The notes under the pieces: generated by a model
The model's input: only the letters and a program-made list of their open reading frames with translations
What the model was told of the DNA's origin: nothing
Database searches by the model: none
In this document: positions 1-9,988 of the stretch, piece after piece
Layout of the letters: every line of letters begins with the position of its first letter
How positions within the stretch are numbered: position 1 is the first letter of the stretch
Made by a program: the position numbers and the translations under genes
Assembly (NCBI GenBank): GCA_964435715.1
Contig: CAYTAI010000005.1
Span: 10,190 to 52,418, forward strand
DNA from: an uncultured Verrucomicrobiota bacterium
GTDB lineage: Bacteria; Verrucomicrobiota; Verrucomicrobiia; JAWXBN01
Length of the DNA stretch: 42,229 nucleotides
Direction: 5' to 3'

Positions 1-51
1 ACCAAAAAGTCGCACTTCTTCGACGTGACGACCGAGCAGGTCATTAAATAA
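1..51 (+). CDS. 3' end of an upstream gene (partial, product unknown)
   Basis: The frame is open from the window edge (...[16 protein letters not shown]) and ends at TAA 49-51. It is too short to identify. Confidence 0.3.
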   Translation, partial: TKKSHFFDVTTEQVIK

Positions 52-58
52 TTTATTT

Positions 59-781
59 ATGAATCGCCCTGACAACCGCGCGGTCGACCAGTTGCGTCCC
101 TTGACGGCACAAACGGGGATCGCTCCCCATGCCACAGGCTCCGTGCTCGTGGGGTTCGGGGATACCCGTGTCATTTGCGCGGTGAGTGTGGAGGAGTCTG
201 TCCCGCGCTGGATGAAAGAACAGGGCGTCACCGGCGGCTGGGTCACGGCGGAATACTCCATGCTCCCGTACTCGACCCTGGGTCGCAAGCCGCGCGACAT
301 TTCCAAAGGAAAAATCGACGGGCGCTCGCAGGAGATTCAGCGTTTAGTGGGGCGTTCACTCCGGGCGGTCATTGATCTGGAGAAACTCGGCAGCCGCACC
401 CTCTGGATTGATTGTGATGTGCTCCAGGCGGACGGGGGAACCCGCACCGCTTCGATCACGGGAGCTATGATCGCTTTGTCACTGGCGGTGAAAAAACTTC
501 AAACCGCGGGGAAACTCACCGAGTCTCCGGTCAAACAATTTGTTTCCGCCATCAGCGTCGGCATTTTTGAAGGTGTGCCGGTTCTGGATTTAAACTACAT
601 CGAAGACAGCAAGGCCAGTGTCGATATGAATGTCGTCATGACCGAAAAAGGCGAATTTGTCGAAATCCAGAGCTCGGGTGAAGAGTCCACTTTCAGCGAA
701 TCCGAAATGGCGCAAATGCTTTCCCTCGCCAAAAAAGGCATCCACGAGCTGACGGCTTTTCAAAAAAGCATTCAAGCCTGA
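59..781 (+). CDS. rph: Ribonuclease PH
   Basis: 240 aa. Full-length resemblance to RNase PH: RxDGRxxDQLRP-like N-terminus ([12 protein letters not shown]), [43 protein letters not shown]. Confidence 0.93.
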   Translation: MNRPDNRAVDQLRPLTAQTGIAPHATGSVLVGFGDTRVICAVSVEESVPRWMKEQGVTGGWVTAEYSMLPYSTLGRKPRDISKGKIDGRSQEIQRLVGRSLRAVIDLEKLGSRTLWIDCDVLQADGGTRTASITGAMIALSLAVKKLQTAGKLTESPVKQFVSAISVGIFEGVPVLDLNYIEDSKASVDMNVVMTEKGEFVEIQSSGEESTFSESEMAQMLSLAKKGIHELTAFQKSIQA

Positions 782-1560
782 GGATTTTTCCTCTTTAAGA
801 TGGAGCGGGGTTGTGGCACGACGATATAACCTTCGCGCAAATTGCCATAGACACGGGGCTTGTGATACCAGGCATGCAACGCAGTGTAAGCACAGATGAA
901 TGAGTCGAGTGTGTCCTCATGCGTTTTCAGGGATTTTCCGCGCAAATTGCGCAGGGGAGTGGACAGGATTTTTTCTGGAAAAAGAGCAGGGGGTGTGGCG
1001 TGGGCTAACGAGCAAATTGCTTTTCGAAACCTCTCAAATTCACCCAGGATAAAACGGCGTGAACGCGTCGGTCGTGACTTGTACTCGAAAATCAGCGGCA
1101 GATCGAAGAGGGCGACATTGGCGGCATGGGGAAAGACCTCGATGACCCGGCGCAATTTGCGCGGGCGGTGCTGCTTCCACTCCGGATCAGCGGAGAATCC
1201 CAACGGCTCGAGACTTTCCAGAATGACCTCCGCGCGCAATTTGCCACCGCCCCAGCGGCAGAGACGCTCACGATTCGACGGATGGGCACCGGCATGATAT
1301 TTCCGAAAGTCTTTATTCAAAAGCTTTTCGGCGGTTCGCGAACCCGATTGGTTCGGCACAACCAGCGGCGCGTCAATGGCGACGATACCCTGCTCCCCCC
1401 GCGCAAATTGCGCCCGGAGATAATCCGCTATTTCGTCATTACTGCCCATACGCCCCTCATACGCGGTGCAAATAGCCCCGCGTCCATCCCATTCCAGCAC
1501 ACAAATGGCAGAGGGATTCCTCAATGACCAAGCCAGGTCAAGGCCGATGAATTTCATCAT
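772..1560 (-). CDS. DUF429-family protein (predicted RNase H-fold nuclease)
   Basis: 262 aa. The N-terminus FIGLDLAW...ICVL and the later [12 protein letters not shown] are typical of DUF429 as I remember it. Convergent 10-nt overlap with the rph 3' end. Confidence 0.5.
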   Translation of the reverse strand: MMKFIGLDLAWSLRNPSAICVLEWDGRGAICTAYEGRMGSNDEIADYLRAQFARGEQGIVAIDAPLVVPNQSGSRTAEKLLNKDFRKYHAGAHPSNRERLCRWGGGKLRAEVILESLEPLGFSADPEWKQHRPRKLRRVIEVFPHAANVALFDLPLIFEYKSRPTRSRRFILGEFERFRKAICSLAHATPPALFPEKILSTPLRNLRGKSLKTHEDTLDSFICAYTALHAWYHKPRVYGNLREGYIVVPQPRSILKRKNPQA

Positions 1561-1601
1561 AAGAGTTGAAATCTAGACTGAAATCAGTTTATATTCAAAT
1601 C

Positions 1602-1838
1602 ATGAATACTGTATCTATCAGTGAGGCAAAACGAAGTTTGGGTCGTCTGGCTGACAGGGCGATCAAGGGGAAACCCTCTTTGATTATCCGAGGAACTAAA
1701 CTTTTGGTGCTCCAAACGTATGACATGCCTGAGCCTTTTGAGAAACATCCGGTTGGATACTATGGTGATTACGATGAAGATGAGATTACTCTAGAGAGTC
1801 GATTGGCTAAAAAATCGCCTCGAGGTATCATTAAATGA
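1602..1838 (+). CDS. Type II antitoxin, Phd/YefM-like
   Basis: I place the start at ATG 1602; the ORF-track start at 1566 is TTG. MNTVSISEAKRSLGRLADRAIKGKPSLIIRG matches the Phd/YefM N-terminal pattern. ATGA overlap with the downstream toxin gene. Confidence 0.7.
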   Translation: MNTVSISEAKRSLGRLADRAIKGKPSLIIRGTKLLVLQTYDMPEPFEKHPVGYYGDYDEDEITLESRLAKKSPRGIIK

Positions 1839-2164
1839 ATCAGTGGGATGTTTTTCTTTATCCATTCGAAAAAGAGCAACCTCATCCCGTGGTGATTATT
1901 AGCAATGAGGAGAGGTGTATGAATAAGGATTTGTTATGGGTCAATGGATTGCTCTGCACTACAGTCCGTTTGACTCGCCCGCTCAAAAACAGGGAAGTCA
2001 TGCTGGATGAATCGGATGGACTTGATTGGGCCACTGCCGTCCGTTGTGATTTTATCTATTCAATTGAAAAAGCATCTTTAAAAAATAAACGGGGGATCGT
2101 TTCATCCCCGCGACAAAAAATAATCAGTCGCAAACTTGTCGAGGTCTTTCGCTTAAAAATCTAA
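1835..2164 (+). CDS. Type II toxin, PemK/MazF-like
   Basis: 109 aa. The pattern WDVFLYPF...PHPVVIISNEE...VNGLLCTT...DWATAVRCDFIYSIEK fits the MazF/PemK SH3-like fold consensus. Translationally coupled to the antitoxin (4-nt overlap). Confidence 0.65.
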   Translation: MNQWDVFLYPFEKEQPHPVVIISNEERCMNKDLLWVNGLLCTTVRLTRPLKNREVMLDESDGLDWATAVRCDFIYSIEKASLKNKRGIVSSPRQKIISRKLVEVFRLKI

Positions 2165-3246
2165 TACGCTCCACCGGCGGCGGCACACTCAAAGATGAGG
2201 GGGATGATGCCGGTGGTCGTCTGGTATTGAGCATGGAGGGCGGTGATGAATTCCTTGGCTGCACTTTTTTCGACGAGATTGATGGTGGCTCCGCCGAATC
2301 CGCCGCCGCTCAAGCGGGCACCGAGACAGCCGGGCAATTTGCGCGCATGGTCGACGAGGATGTCGAGTTCGCGACAGCTGTTCTCAAAATATTCAACACT
2401 GCTTTCATGTGACTCGAACATCGCCTTTCCGAGCGGAGCCATTTGCCCGGCGCGGAGTTGCTCAACGACGGACAGGACGCGGGCATTCTCACCCACGACA
2501 TGCAGGGCGCGTTTAAATGCCAGGGCGCTTGGATCGGGCAATTTGCTCTGGAGTGTGGCCATATCCACATCACGCAGGGCTTTGACTCCGAGAGTCGCCG
2601 CTGCCGCCTCGCAACTGGTGCGGCGTTCATTGTATTCGCCCGCGACCAGAGCATGTTTGACATTCGAGTGGGCGATGACAAAGCAAGTATCCGTGCCGAG
2701 GGGAATATTCTCCACGCGCAAATGGCGGCAGTCGATAAAGACGGCATGATTTTTTTTGCCGTAGAGCGAACTGATCTGATCCAGCAGTCCGCACTGGACA
2801 CCGACAAAATGATTTTCCGCCGCTTGGCAGACCTTGGCGATTTCGAGGCGTTCCATCCGGAAATCAAAAAGTTTTTGAAGGAAAAGGGCTGTGGCGACCT
2901 CGAGTGCCGCCGAGCTGCTCAAGCCCGCGCCCACAGGCAAATTGCTCCGGATGGACATTTCAAATCCGCCGAGCCGGACTCCTCTTTTCAATAACTCATC
3001 GGCTACCCCGAGCGGATAATTCACCCACGCGATTCCCCCCGTGCGGGGATGGATTTCCTTGAGTGTGGTTTGAAATGTCTGTGCAAATTGCTCCGCGTGG
3101 AGGATGATTTTGTTATCAAGCCGGGATTGACCGCGGACAGTGGTGCCTTTGTCCACGGCAATCGACAGGACATAACCTTCGTTGTAATCCGTGTGATTGC
3201 CGAGGAGCTCAGCCCTTCCGGGTGCATGGGCAAATGCGGATTTCAT
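2161..3246 (-). CDS. galK: Galactokinase (GHMP kinase)
   Basis: 361 aa. It has the galactokinase signature APGRAELLGNHTDYNEGYVL and the GHMP ATP motif PVGAGLSSSAALEVA. Confidence 0.9.
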   Translation of the reverse strand: MKSAFAHAPGRAELLGNHTDYNEGYVLSIAVDKGTTVRGQSRLDNKIILHAEQFAQTFQTTLKEIHPRTGGIAWVNYPLGVADELLKRGVRLGGFEMSIRSNLPVGAGLSSSAALEVATALFLQKLFDFRMERLEIAKVCQAAENHFVGVQCGLLDQISSLYGKKNHAVFIDCRHLRVENIPLGTDTCFVIAHSNVKHALVAGEYNERRTSCEAAAATLGVKALRDVDMATLQSKLPDPSALAFKRALHVVGENARVLSVVEQLRAGQMAPLGKAMFESHESSVEYFENSCRELDILVDHARKLPGCLGARLSGGGFGGATINLVEKSAAKEFITALHAQYQTTTGIIPLIFECAAAGGAY

Positions 3247-3281
3247 ACAGGGCGGAAGTTTCTCAAGCGTCGTGGCGCTGT

Positions 3282-4085
3282 TTATTTTTTGTCCGGTGCA
3301 GGAGCCGGGGCGGCGGGTGCTTTGAAAGGAATCAGGACAATCTCCAGACGGCGGTTGATCGCGCGGTTGGCATCACTGTTATTCGGGACGATGGGTTTGG
3401 TGTCCGCGAGTCCCATCGCCTGGAGGCGGTTGCCGGGAATGCCTTGATCCTCAAGATAACGGACGGCTTCTGCGGCGCGGGATGCGGAGAGTTCCCAGTT
3501 CGACGCAAAACGTCCACCGGGTCGGACCGGAATATTGTCGGTATGCCCCTCGATTCTCGCCGCACGGTCGGGAAAACGTTTGAGGGCGAGGGCGATCTTG
3601 TCGAGGATTTCCTTGGCTTTGGGTCCGATGCCTTGGCGACCAGACTCAATGGGGATACGGTCAGTGATTTTGATGACCAGCTGGTCCCCCGCCTCACTGA
3701 CAGTGACATCCTGTGAATCGATCTGGCTGCGGAGATCATCGCGCAAACCGCCGCCGGCTTTCTGGAGTTTTTCCTTTTCGAGCGCAATTTGCTGCATCTT
3801 CGTTTTTGTATCGGTGAGATTCTGGGTGAGCATGTTCAGCTCGGCATTTTTAGCTTCGAGCTCGGCATTCTTGCGGACGACTTCTCTTTGGACAGACTCG
3901 ACTTCGGAGTTGCGTTTATCGACTTCCGCTGTCAGGATCCGGACTTCTTCTTTCATTTTATTCATCTGCTCGTGGTAGGCCGCCCGCCCGCCCAGCAGAT
4001 AGACGGATAAAATGCCTGTGAAAAGGGCGAATGCCCCGAGGAAAACAGCCCCAAAGAGGGGAACCCTGATCTTGTGAAAATCCAT
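3282..4085 (-). CDS. OmpA/MotB-family protein with N-terminal TM helix and coiled coil
   Basis: C-terminal OmpA-like peptidoglycan-binding domain: IEGHTDNIPV...SNWELSASRAAEAVRYL...NRRLEIVL. I place the start at the internal ATG 4085 (MDFHKIRVPLFGAVFLGAF... is the TM helix), not at the ORF-track start 4334. Confidence 0.8.
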   Translation of the reverse strand: MDFHKIRVPLFGAVFLGAFALFTGILSVYLLGGRAAYHEQMNKMKEEVRILTAEVDKRNSEVESVQREVVRKNAELEAKNAELNMLTQNLTDTKTKMQQIALEKEKLQKAGGGLRDDLRSQIDSQDVTVSEAGDQLVIKITDRIPIESGRQGIGPKAKEILDKIALALKRFPDRAARIEGHTDNIPVRPGGRFASNWELSASRAAEAVRYLEDQGIPGNRLQAMGLADTKPIVPNNSDANRAINRRLEIVLIPFKAPAAPAPAPDKK

Positions 4086-4201
4086 AATATTCTTTGAACT
4101 AATAGCAAAACCGCATGGGTTCAAGATTAAAAGTCGGGCAAAAAATACTTGTTTTTCCAAGCTTGATTGACTTTTGAAAAGATCAGGATTGAATTTGTCG
4201 C

Positions 4202-5488
4202 ATGAGGATGAAAAATCTTTATTTACAGGGGATATGGATATTTTTGAGTATGGGATTCGCTGTGGGAATCCTCTTTGCCCGAGAGGGGCAGGGGATTCCT
4301 CCGGTAAAAGTTCAATCGGTGACAGGGGAACCAACCATTCAACGGGGAGACAAGAGGATGATCCCGCGTGCAGGGGATCCTCTGGAAAAGGGAGATTTGA
4401 TCGAAAGCGGCCCGGGAGCGACTGTCGAAATCCGGGGGGATAAAGGGTTTCTGACCCGGTTGGGGGCGAGAAGTCAGGCTCTTTTTGATATGGAAGGTGC
4501 TTATCTGATGTGCAAGACAGGGATATTTTTGATTGAATCAGTCAATCCGGATCAAACATTGAAAGTGGAAATGCCCCGCGGCATTTTGCAGGTCAAAAAA
4601 GCAACTGTGCTCTTGGAAATCTTTGAGGATGGAGGTTACGAGGTGACTGTATTGGGAGCAGCAGATTATGTCCAGGTCGATGCGCGTTTCGGGTCGAAGG
4701 ATTACATGACTCTTTTGACCACGGGGCAAATTGCACAATTCGAGGCCGGGGAAAATTATTCGGTGCAAATCGGTTCACGCGACGTGCCGGAGCTTTGGAA
4801 AAATCATGCGCTTGGAGAGGTCATGGGTGCCGCACAAAGCGATGTCATCGCTCTTTACACGGCACAGAATCCCGGCAAAAGCGGGGTCGAAACGGTGGAC
4901 GGAATCCGCATCTTTTCTGACAAGCCGCAAGGTGAAATCAAAGGCATTATCCTGCACTTTGGTGGTGATTCCGAATGGATCGAGGGCTGGTATAGCGGAT
5001 GGTTCAAGGAGTTCCCACGCAAAGGAGTCATGATGATTATTCCCGAGCTGCCTCATTTCGGGCGGAGACAATCCGGTGTCGGCCACGCGCCGGGATTCAA
5101 TCAGGATTTAACCAAGGCCATCAAAAAGTATTTGGAACTGCATGGTCTGACAAAATATGCTATGGTACTGAGTTGTGGTTCGCTGGGGGCTCCGACCATG
5201 CATGCGATTTTTCAGTCAAAGGAATTGCCCAATCCCATCGTTGGTGCGGCGATCCATAGCGGCGGGAATTTTTTCAAGCCCGGTGAGGTGCAACACCTCT
5301 TGATTGCTTCTCCGAAACCAAGAGTGCAGCCCCAACAAACGGTCAAAACCATTCCGGTTGTCATCGAAGGGTTTCAGAAACAAGGCGAGGTGACCACCTA
5401 CGTGGACTCGCATATCTCGTGGCATCATGTCTTTCAAGATCAAATGCTTGCATGGCTTCAAAAGGAAAAAGTTTTCGGCGCGCTCTGA
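4202..5488 (+). CDS. Secreted/membrane-anchored protein with FecR-like N-terminal domain, C-terminal part unknown
   Basis: 428 aa. Hydrophobic N-terminus. AGDPLEKGDLIESGPGATVEIRGDKGFLTRLGARSQALFD resembles the FecR sensor domain. I do not recognise the rest. Confidence 0.4.
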   Translation: MRMKNLYLQGIWIFLSMGFAVGILFAREGQGIPPVKVQSVTGEPTIQRGDKRMIPRAGDPLEKGDLIESGPGATVEIRGDKGFLTRLGARSQALFDMEGAYLMCKTGIFLIESVNPDQTLKVEMPRGILQVKKATVLLEIFEDGGYEVTVLGAADYVQVDARFGSKDYMTLLTTGQIAQFEAGENYSVQIGSRDVPELWKNHALGEVMGAAQSDVIALYTAQNPGKSGVETVDGIRIFSDKPQGEIKGIILHFGGDSEWIEGWYSGWFKEFPRKGVMMIIPELPHFGRRQSGVGHAPGFNQDLTKAIKKYLELHGLTKYAMVLSCGSLGAPTMHAIFQSKELPNPIVGAAIHSGGNFFKPGEVQHLLIASPKPRVQPQQTVKTIPVVIEGFQKQGEVTTYVDSHISWHHVFQDQMLAWLQKEKVFGAL

Positions 5489-5542
5489 GATTTTTTCGGT
5501 CTGATACCATTCAGGGGAAAAGCAAATCCTGCAAGCGAAGGA

Positions 5543-6781
5543 TTGCATGGGTGGCGGGAATGTCCTATAAGTAACAGAACTGTGTCAAAGAAAATTCAAA
5601 GAATCAGTCCGGTTGCCCGTCACGTGCAAAATATTCCACGTTCGGGGATTCGTGATTTTTTTGAAATTGTCTCGACGATGCAGGATGTGATTTCCCTCGG
5701 GATCGGAGAGCCGGATTTTGTCACGCCGTGGCATATTCGTGAATCCGCGATTTACGCGCTTGAAAGAGGGCGCACGAGCTACACATCAAATCTGGGCTTG
5801 CTCAAATTGCGCCGCGAGATCACCCGTTATGTGGGGCAAAATTTCCAAGTGTCCTACAATCCCGGAACCGAGGTGATAGTCACGGTCGGTGTTTCCGAAG
5901 CAATGGACATTGCCATCCGCGCGCTGACTGATCCGGGAGACGAGATCATTTATCACGAGCCCTGTTATGTGTCATACAGTCCGACAATCCGGCTGGCTCA
6001 TGGGATTCCGGTTCCTGTTCCCACGACCGCAGCGGAAGGTTGGTCGGTGACTGCGGATAAAATCGCCCGGGCAATCACGCCCAAATCCAAGATTTTGATT
6101 TTGAATTTTCCGACCAATCCGACGGGTGGCACGATGGAGCTTTCCGAGCTCGAAAAAATCGCGGCTCTCTGCCGGGAGCATGATCTCATCTGTCTCTCGG
6201 ACGAGATATATTCGGAGCTCACCTACGAGGGGCAACACGTCTCCATTTCTTCCCTGCCGGGCATGAAAGATAGAACTGTTTTCCTCCACGGATTTTCAAA
6301 AGCCTTTGCCATGACGGGATTCCGGATCGGATACGCCTGTGCCCCGCCTGAAATCACAGAGGCGATGATGCGCGTGCATCAGTACTCGATGCTTTGCGCG
6401 CCCATTATCAGTCAAGAGGCGGCCTTTGAGGCTCTGGTCAATGGGGCGGACAATGTTGCCCGGATGCGGGACGATTATCATGCGCGCCGGGATTTTATTG
6501 TGAACTCTTTTAACTCCATGGGGATGAAATGCATGATGCCGCGGGGCGCTTTTTATGCTTTCCCCTGGATCGGATTGACCGGGCTGAAATCACATGATTT
6601 TGCCATCAATCTCTTGAAAACGCAGAAAGTCGCTGTCGTGCCCGGCAACGCCTTTGGTGAGGGGGGCGAAGGATTCGTCCGCTGCTCCTACTCCACTGCG
6701 CTTGACAAGATTGAGCTGGCTGTTGAAAGGCTCGGGCGCTTTCTGGAAGCATATCGAAAACACTCCCATTCCGCGGCCTGA
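5543..6781 (+). CDS. Class I/II PLP-dependent aminotransferase (aspartate/aromatic type)
   Basis: 412 aa. GIRDFF...ISLGIGEPDF, NPTG, and the Schiff-base lysine context FSKAFAMTGFRIGY. GTG 5582 is a possible alternative start. Confidence 0.85.
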   Translation: MHGWRECPISNRTVSKKIQRISPVARHVQNIPRSGIRDFFEIVSTMQDVISLGIGEPDFVTPWHIRESAIYALERGRTSYTSNLGLLKLRREITRYVGQNFQVSYNPGTEVIVTVGVSEAMDIAIRALTDPGDEIIYHEPCYVSYSPTIRLAHGIPVPVPTTAAEGWSVTADKIARAITPKSKILILNFPTNPTGGTMELSELEKIAALCREHDLICLSDEIYSELTYEGQHVSISSLPGMKDRTVFLHGFSKAFAMTGFRIGYACAPPEITEAMMRVHQYSMLCAPIISQEAAFEALVNGADNVARMRDDYHARRDFIVNSFNSMGMKCMMPRGAFYAFPWIGLTGLKSHDFAINLLKTQKVAVVPGNAFGEGGEGFVRCSYSTALDKIELAVERLGRFLEAYRKHSHSAA

Positions 6782-6796
6782 CCTCCCCCCTTTTTC

Positions 6797-7654
6797 ATGA
6801 TTGATCCTCTTATTCTAAATTCATCCGAGGGAGTCCTCGACTACGCCCGTCAAACGTGTCGGGAGCTTTTTAATGCTGAAATTTCTCCCACGGTCGTGGA
6901 TACATTTTCTTTCGTGTCGGATATGTTCGCCGGAAAAGGAAAGCGTTTTCAAGCGATTGATTTGAAGTTTCATGATCTTGAGCATAGTCTGCGCGCGGCG
7001 GCGGCGATGATTTGTCTGATGCGCGGCATCAACCTCCATCACAATGTCAAAAATATCATCACGAAAGAGGTTTTTGAGACAGGGGTGATGGCGGTTCTCT
7101 TTCATGATTCCGGGTATCTGCGGCCGCGGGGGAAAAAAGACGGCTCCGGGGCAGTCTATACCAGTATCCATGTCGAACGCAGTTGCCGCATCATAGCGGA
7201 TTATTTTCAAGAGACCGGATTACCCCACAAAACACAGTGTGCCGCGAGTAATATGATTCTTTGCACGGGATTGAACCTGGATACAGGCATTATCCCGTTT
7301 CAGTCCGAACCGGAGAAAATGGCGGGGTTCGCCCTCGGCACGGGCGATTTGCTCGGGCAAATGTCCGATCCCGATTATATCCGCAAGTTGCCTTTTCTCT
7401 TCGAGGAATTCGACGAGGCGCACCGTTACGACCCGGATGATGACGTCACGCCGTCATTTGCCAGTGTCAACCACATGATCTCCAATACACCGAAGTTTTA
7501 CCGGGATTACGTCCTGAAAATTTTTGATGCCCAGCTCGGGGGTGTTTATCGCTACCTGAATGAGCCCTGTCCCGGCGGGTCAAATGCTTATATCCTCGCC
7601 ATTGAAAAAAATATTTCAGCGATTGAAACTCTTTTGTCGAACCCGGATCAATGA
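6797..7654 (+). CDS. HD-domain-like metal-dependent phosphohydrolase (tentative)
   Basis: 285 aa. FHDLEHSL followed by VLFHDSGYL matches the H...HD...D spacing of HD-superfamily proteins. No further identification. Confidence 0.45.
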   Translation: MIDPLILNSSEGVLDYARQTCRELFNAEISPTVVDTFSFVSDMFAGKGKRFQAIDLKFHDLEHSLRAAAAMICLMRGINLHHNVKNIITKEVFETGVMAVLFHDSGYLRPRGKKDGSGAVYTSIHVERSCRIIADYFQETGLPHKTQCAASNMILCTGLNLDTGIIPFQSEPEKMAGFALGTGDLLGQMSDPDYIRKLPFLFEEFDEAHRYDPDDDVTPSFASVNHMISNTPKFYRDYVLKIFDAQLGGVYRYLNEPCPGGSNAYILAIEKNISAIETLLSNPDQ

Positions 7655-7695
7655 GTTTTCCGTGTTGAGTTTGACGGGATTTGAAGCAGTTTAAA

Positions 7696-8448
7696 ATGAT
7701 GAATAAAATTTACTCCCGCCGTGACATTATTAAATGGGGAATCCTTGCCGGTGTGGCTGCTGGATTAAAAGTATCCCCGGTGAACGCGCAGACACCGCCC
7801 CCGCTCCCGGATATCTATCTCCAGAAATACCCTTTTTCATTGCCGCCATTGGGTTATTCATTTGAAGCACTCGTCCCCATGATTGACGCAGAGACGATGC
7901 GGATACATTATGAATTGCATCATGGCGCCTATGTGAAAAACCTGAATGATGCGGTCGCCTCCGATCCGCTTTTGCAGCAAAAGACTCTGGGAAACATTCT
8001 CTCCCGGCTGGACGAGGTTCCCGGGCCCATCCGCGCGAAAATCCGCAATAATGGCGGCGGTCATCTCAATCACTCTCTTTTCTGGCCATCCATGAAAAAG
8101 GGGGCTCGCTGGAATCCACGGGGCGAATTTGCCCAAAAAGCAACCTCATCATTCGGTTCCAAAGAAGAGTTTCTCAAGCAATTTGCCGCGTCGGCGATGA
8201 GTGTCTTTGGCAGTGGTTGGGCATGGGTGATTGACAATCCGGAAACGGGCAAGTTGACCTTGGAAACTTCCGCCAATCAGGACAGTCCTTGGATGCGGGG
8301 TGTCAAGCCGCTGCTCGGGATTGACGTGTGGGAACACGCCTACTATCTCAAGTACCAGAATCGCCGCGCCGACTATGTCAAAGCCTTCGAGCAAATCATT
8401 GATTGGCAAACTGTCGAGCACCGTTTCAATCAAGAGTCAAAAGTTTAG
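7696..8448 (+). CDS. Fe/Mn superoxide dismutase, exported (Tat-like signal)
   Basis: LPPLGYSFEALVPMIDAETMRIHYELHHGAYV and DVWEHAYYLKYQNRRADYV are canonical SOD_Fe motifs. The N-terminus SRRDIIKWGILAGVAAG looks like a twin-arginine signal. Start taken at ATG 7696. Confidence 0.9.
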   Translation: MMNKIYSRRDIIKWGILAGVAAGLKVSPVNAQTPPPLPDIYLQKYPFSLPPLGYSFEALVPMIDAETMRIHYELHHGAYVKNLNDAVASDPLLQQKTLGNILSRLDEVPGPIRAKIRNNGGGHLNHSLFWPSMKKGARWNPRGEFAQKATSSFGSKEEFLKQFAASAMSVFGSGWAWVIDNPETGKLTLETSANQDSPWMRGVKPLLGIDVWEHAYYLKYQNRRADYVKAFEQIIDWQTVEHRFNQESKV

Positions 8449-8843
8449 TCCGCATTCACCGCCAATTCCCGCAGGTAAGAGAAAGTGTAGAGCCCTGTGT
8501 CATGCCCGTCCCCCCATACGGGCTGGAGGGCGTAACCCCCCACGAGATTGTATTTGACCAGGGACTTTCTCTTTTCCGGGTCGCCTTCTTTTGTCACAGC
8601 CTTGTAGAGATTCCCGAGCAAATCGCGTTCACCCAGACATGACGCACACGGACAGGCGGCGCGCAATTTGCCCAGATCGAAATATGACTCGAGGCCATCG
8701 TCCCAAGCGATGGCCAGTTCGTCCGCGATTTGCTGGATATTCAGGGGTTTCATGCCGCGGACATCATACCCAGAGTCCGGCATAATTGTCAAAAGGCTCT
8801 CGCGGGCTGGTATATCAAACTCATTTTTTGACTTGCTATACAT
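8445..8843 (-). CDS. DUF971-family protein (gamma-butyrobetaine hydroxylase-like N-terminal domain)
   Basis: 132 aa. LAIAWDDG...LRAACPCASC...LQPVWGDGHDTGLYTFSYLR matches DUF971 as I remember it. The start codon is uncertain. Confidence 0.55.
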   Translation of the reverse strand: MYSKSKNEFDIPARESLLTIMPDSGYDVRGMKPLNIQQIADELAIAWDDGLESYFDLGKLRAACPCASCLGERDLLGNLYKAVTKEGDPEKRKSLVKYNLVGGYALQPVWGDGHDTGLYTFSYLRELAVNAD

Positions 8844-8867
8844 GTATATCAGATATAACCTTTGAGG

Positions 8868-9074
8868 ATGTTAGCCATACGACTCGATGCAAAAACCGAA
8901 AAACGTCTTGATAATCTGGCTAAAAAAACAGGGCGGACCAAGACCTTTTATGCACGTGAGGCGATTCTTGAGCACATTGAGGATATGGAGGATGTCTATC
9001 TCGCGGCTGAACGCTTGAAGCATCCGGTCAAGACTTACTCAGCAGAGGACGTGAAACGTGAGCTGGGTCTATAG
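8868..9074 (+). CDS. Ribbon-helix-helix (CopG/RelB-like) antitoxin
   Basis: MLAIRLDAKTEKRLDNLAKKTGRTKTFYAREAILEHIED is a typical RHH N-terminus. It overlaps the downstream RelE/ParE-type toxin gene. Confidence 0.7.
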   Translation: MLAIRLDAKTEKRLDNLAKKTGRTKTFYAREAILEHIEDMEDVYLAAERLKHPVKTYSAEDVKRELGL

Positions 9075-9324
9075 ATTCGACGCGCGTGCCTTGAAAGAGC
9101 TCAAAAAGCTGGGACATAAAGCCCAGCGTGATATTATCGCCTATCTTGACGAACGAATCGCGGGCAGCTCTGATCCACGACGATTCGGAAAAGGGCTCAA
9201 GGCAGAGTTGGCCGGATTGTGGCGTTACCGTGTGGGTGATTACCGGTTGCTCTGTCAAATCAATGACCACGAGCTTTTGATATTGGTCGTCGCTGTCGGA
9301 CACCGGAAAATCGTTTACAGATAA
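9058..9324 (+). CDS. RelE/ParE-superfamily toxin
   Basis: 88 aa, GTG start. Pattern: FDARALKELKKL...LKAELAGLWRYRVGDYRLLCQINDHELLILVVAVGHRKIVY. The WRYRVGDYR and HR...Y motifs are characteristic of RelE/StbE. Confidence 0.8.
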   Translation: MSWVYRFDARALKELKKLGHKAQRDIIAYLDERIAGSSDPRRFGKGLKAELAGLWRYRVGDYRLLCQINDHELLILVVAVGHRKIVYR

Positions 9325-9460
9325 TGGTGCTTATAGCCGGCGGGTAAATCAGTTTATCTGCCCTCCCACCGACTGAATACGGTTCTCCATTTTCTCGAGC
9401 CAGACATACTCAAATTGTTGACAGGCTCTTCCGTTTTTTGCACCTGACCACTCTTAATGG

Positions 9461-9988
9461 TCAGAAATCCTGGCGGGAATGCTCCTGATGCTGGAGAGGA
9501 ATTTTGGTTTTATGAATGTCGAGGAGCGGCCCCAGCTCGTAAACATTGGTATAGCCATAATTATACAGCACGTTGTAGGTATGAATATTCAATGAAGTGG
9601 ATGGCTTTTTGGACGCAAAAGCCCGGGGCTCGTTTTCAAAGTTGTTATTGCAATAGATGAGCACCCGCGTGTCCTTGGAGGGAATAATTTGGGCGAGCTC
9701 GTCCGCGGTCATGTCCGGCAAGCTCAGATTGATGGCGCCTTTGACATGGAGCATATCGTATTTTTGCCGGCTCCGTGCATCCAGAATCACCGTCTCAGGG
9801 TCACGCGCCATTTTAATAAACTCTTTTTCCGAGACGCGTTTTTGCGCGCGGAGCGATTGGACTTTAGCCGCACTCTCGAGGAATCCGGCATAGTCGATTT
9901 TGGGATTGGGGATTTCCTGCGCGCCCGAAATGAATGGGTTCATTGAAACGCACAGAGCCGATATGAGGAGGAGTGTTTTTATTTTCAT
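9461..9988 (-). CDS. Exported single-domain rhodanese-like sulfurtransferase
   Basis: Start at ATG 9988 gives a signal peptide (MKIKTLLLISALCVSMNPFISGAQE). Rhodanese core: VILDARSRQKYDMLHVKGAINL, with the active-site loop IYCNNN. The ORF-track extension to 10828 is spurious. Confidence 0.75.
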   Translation of the reverse strand: MKIKTLLLISALCVSMNPFISGAQEIPNPKIDYAGFLESAAKVQSLRAQKRVSEKEFIKMARDPETVILDARSRQKYDMLHVKGAINLSLPDMTADELAQIIPSKDTRVLIYCNNNFENEPRAFASKKPSTSLNIHTYNVLYNYGYTNVYELGPLLDIHKTKIPLQHQEHSRQDF

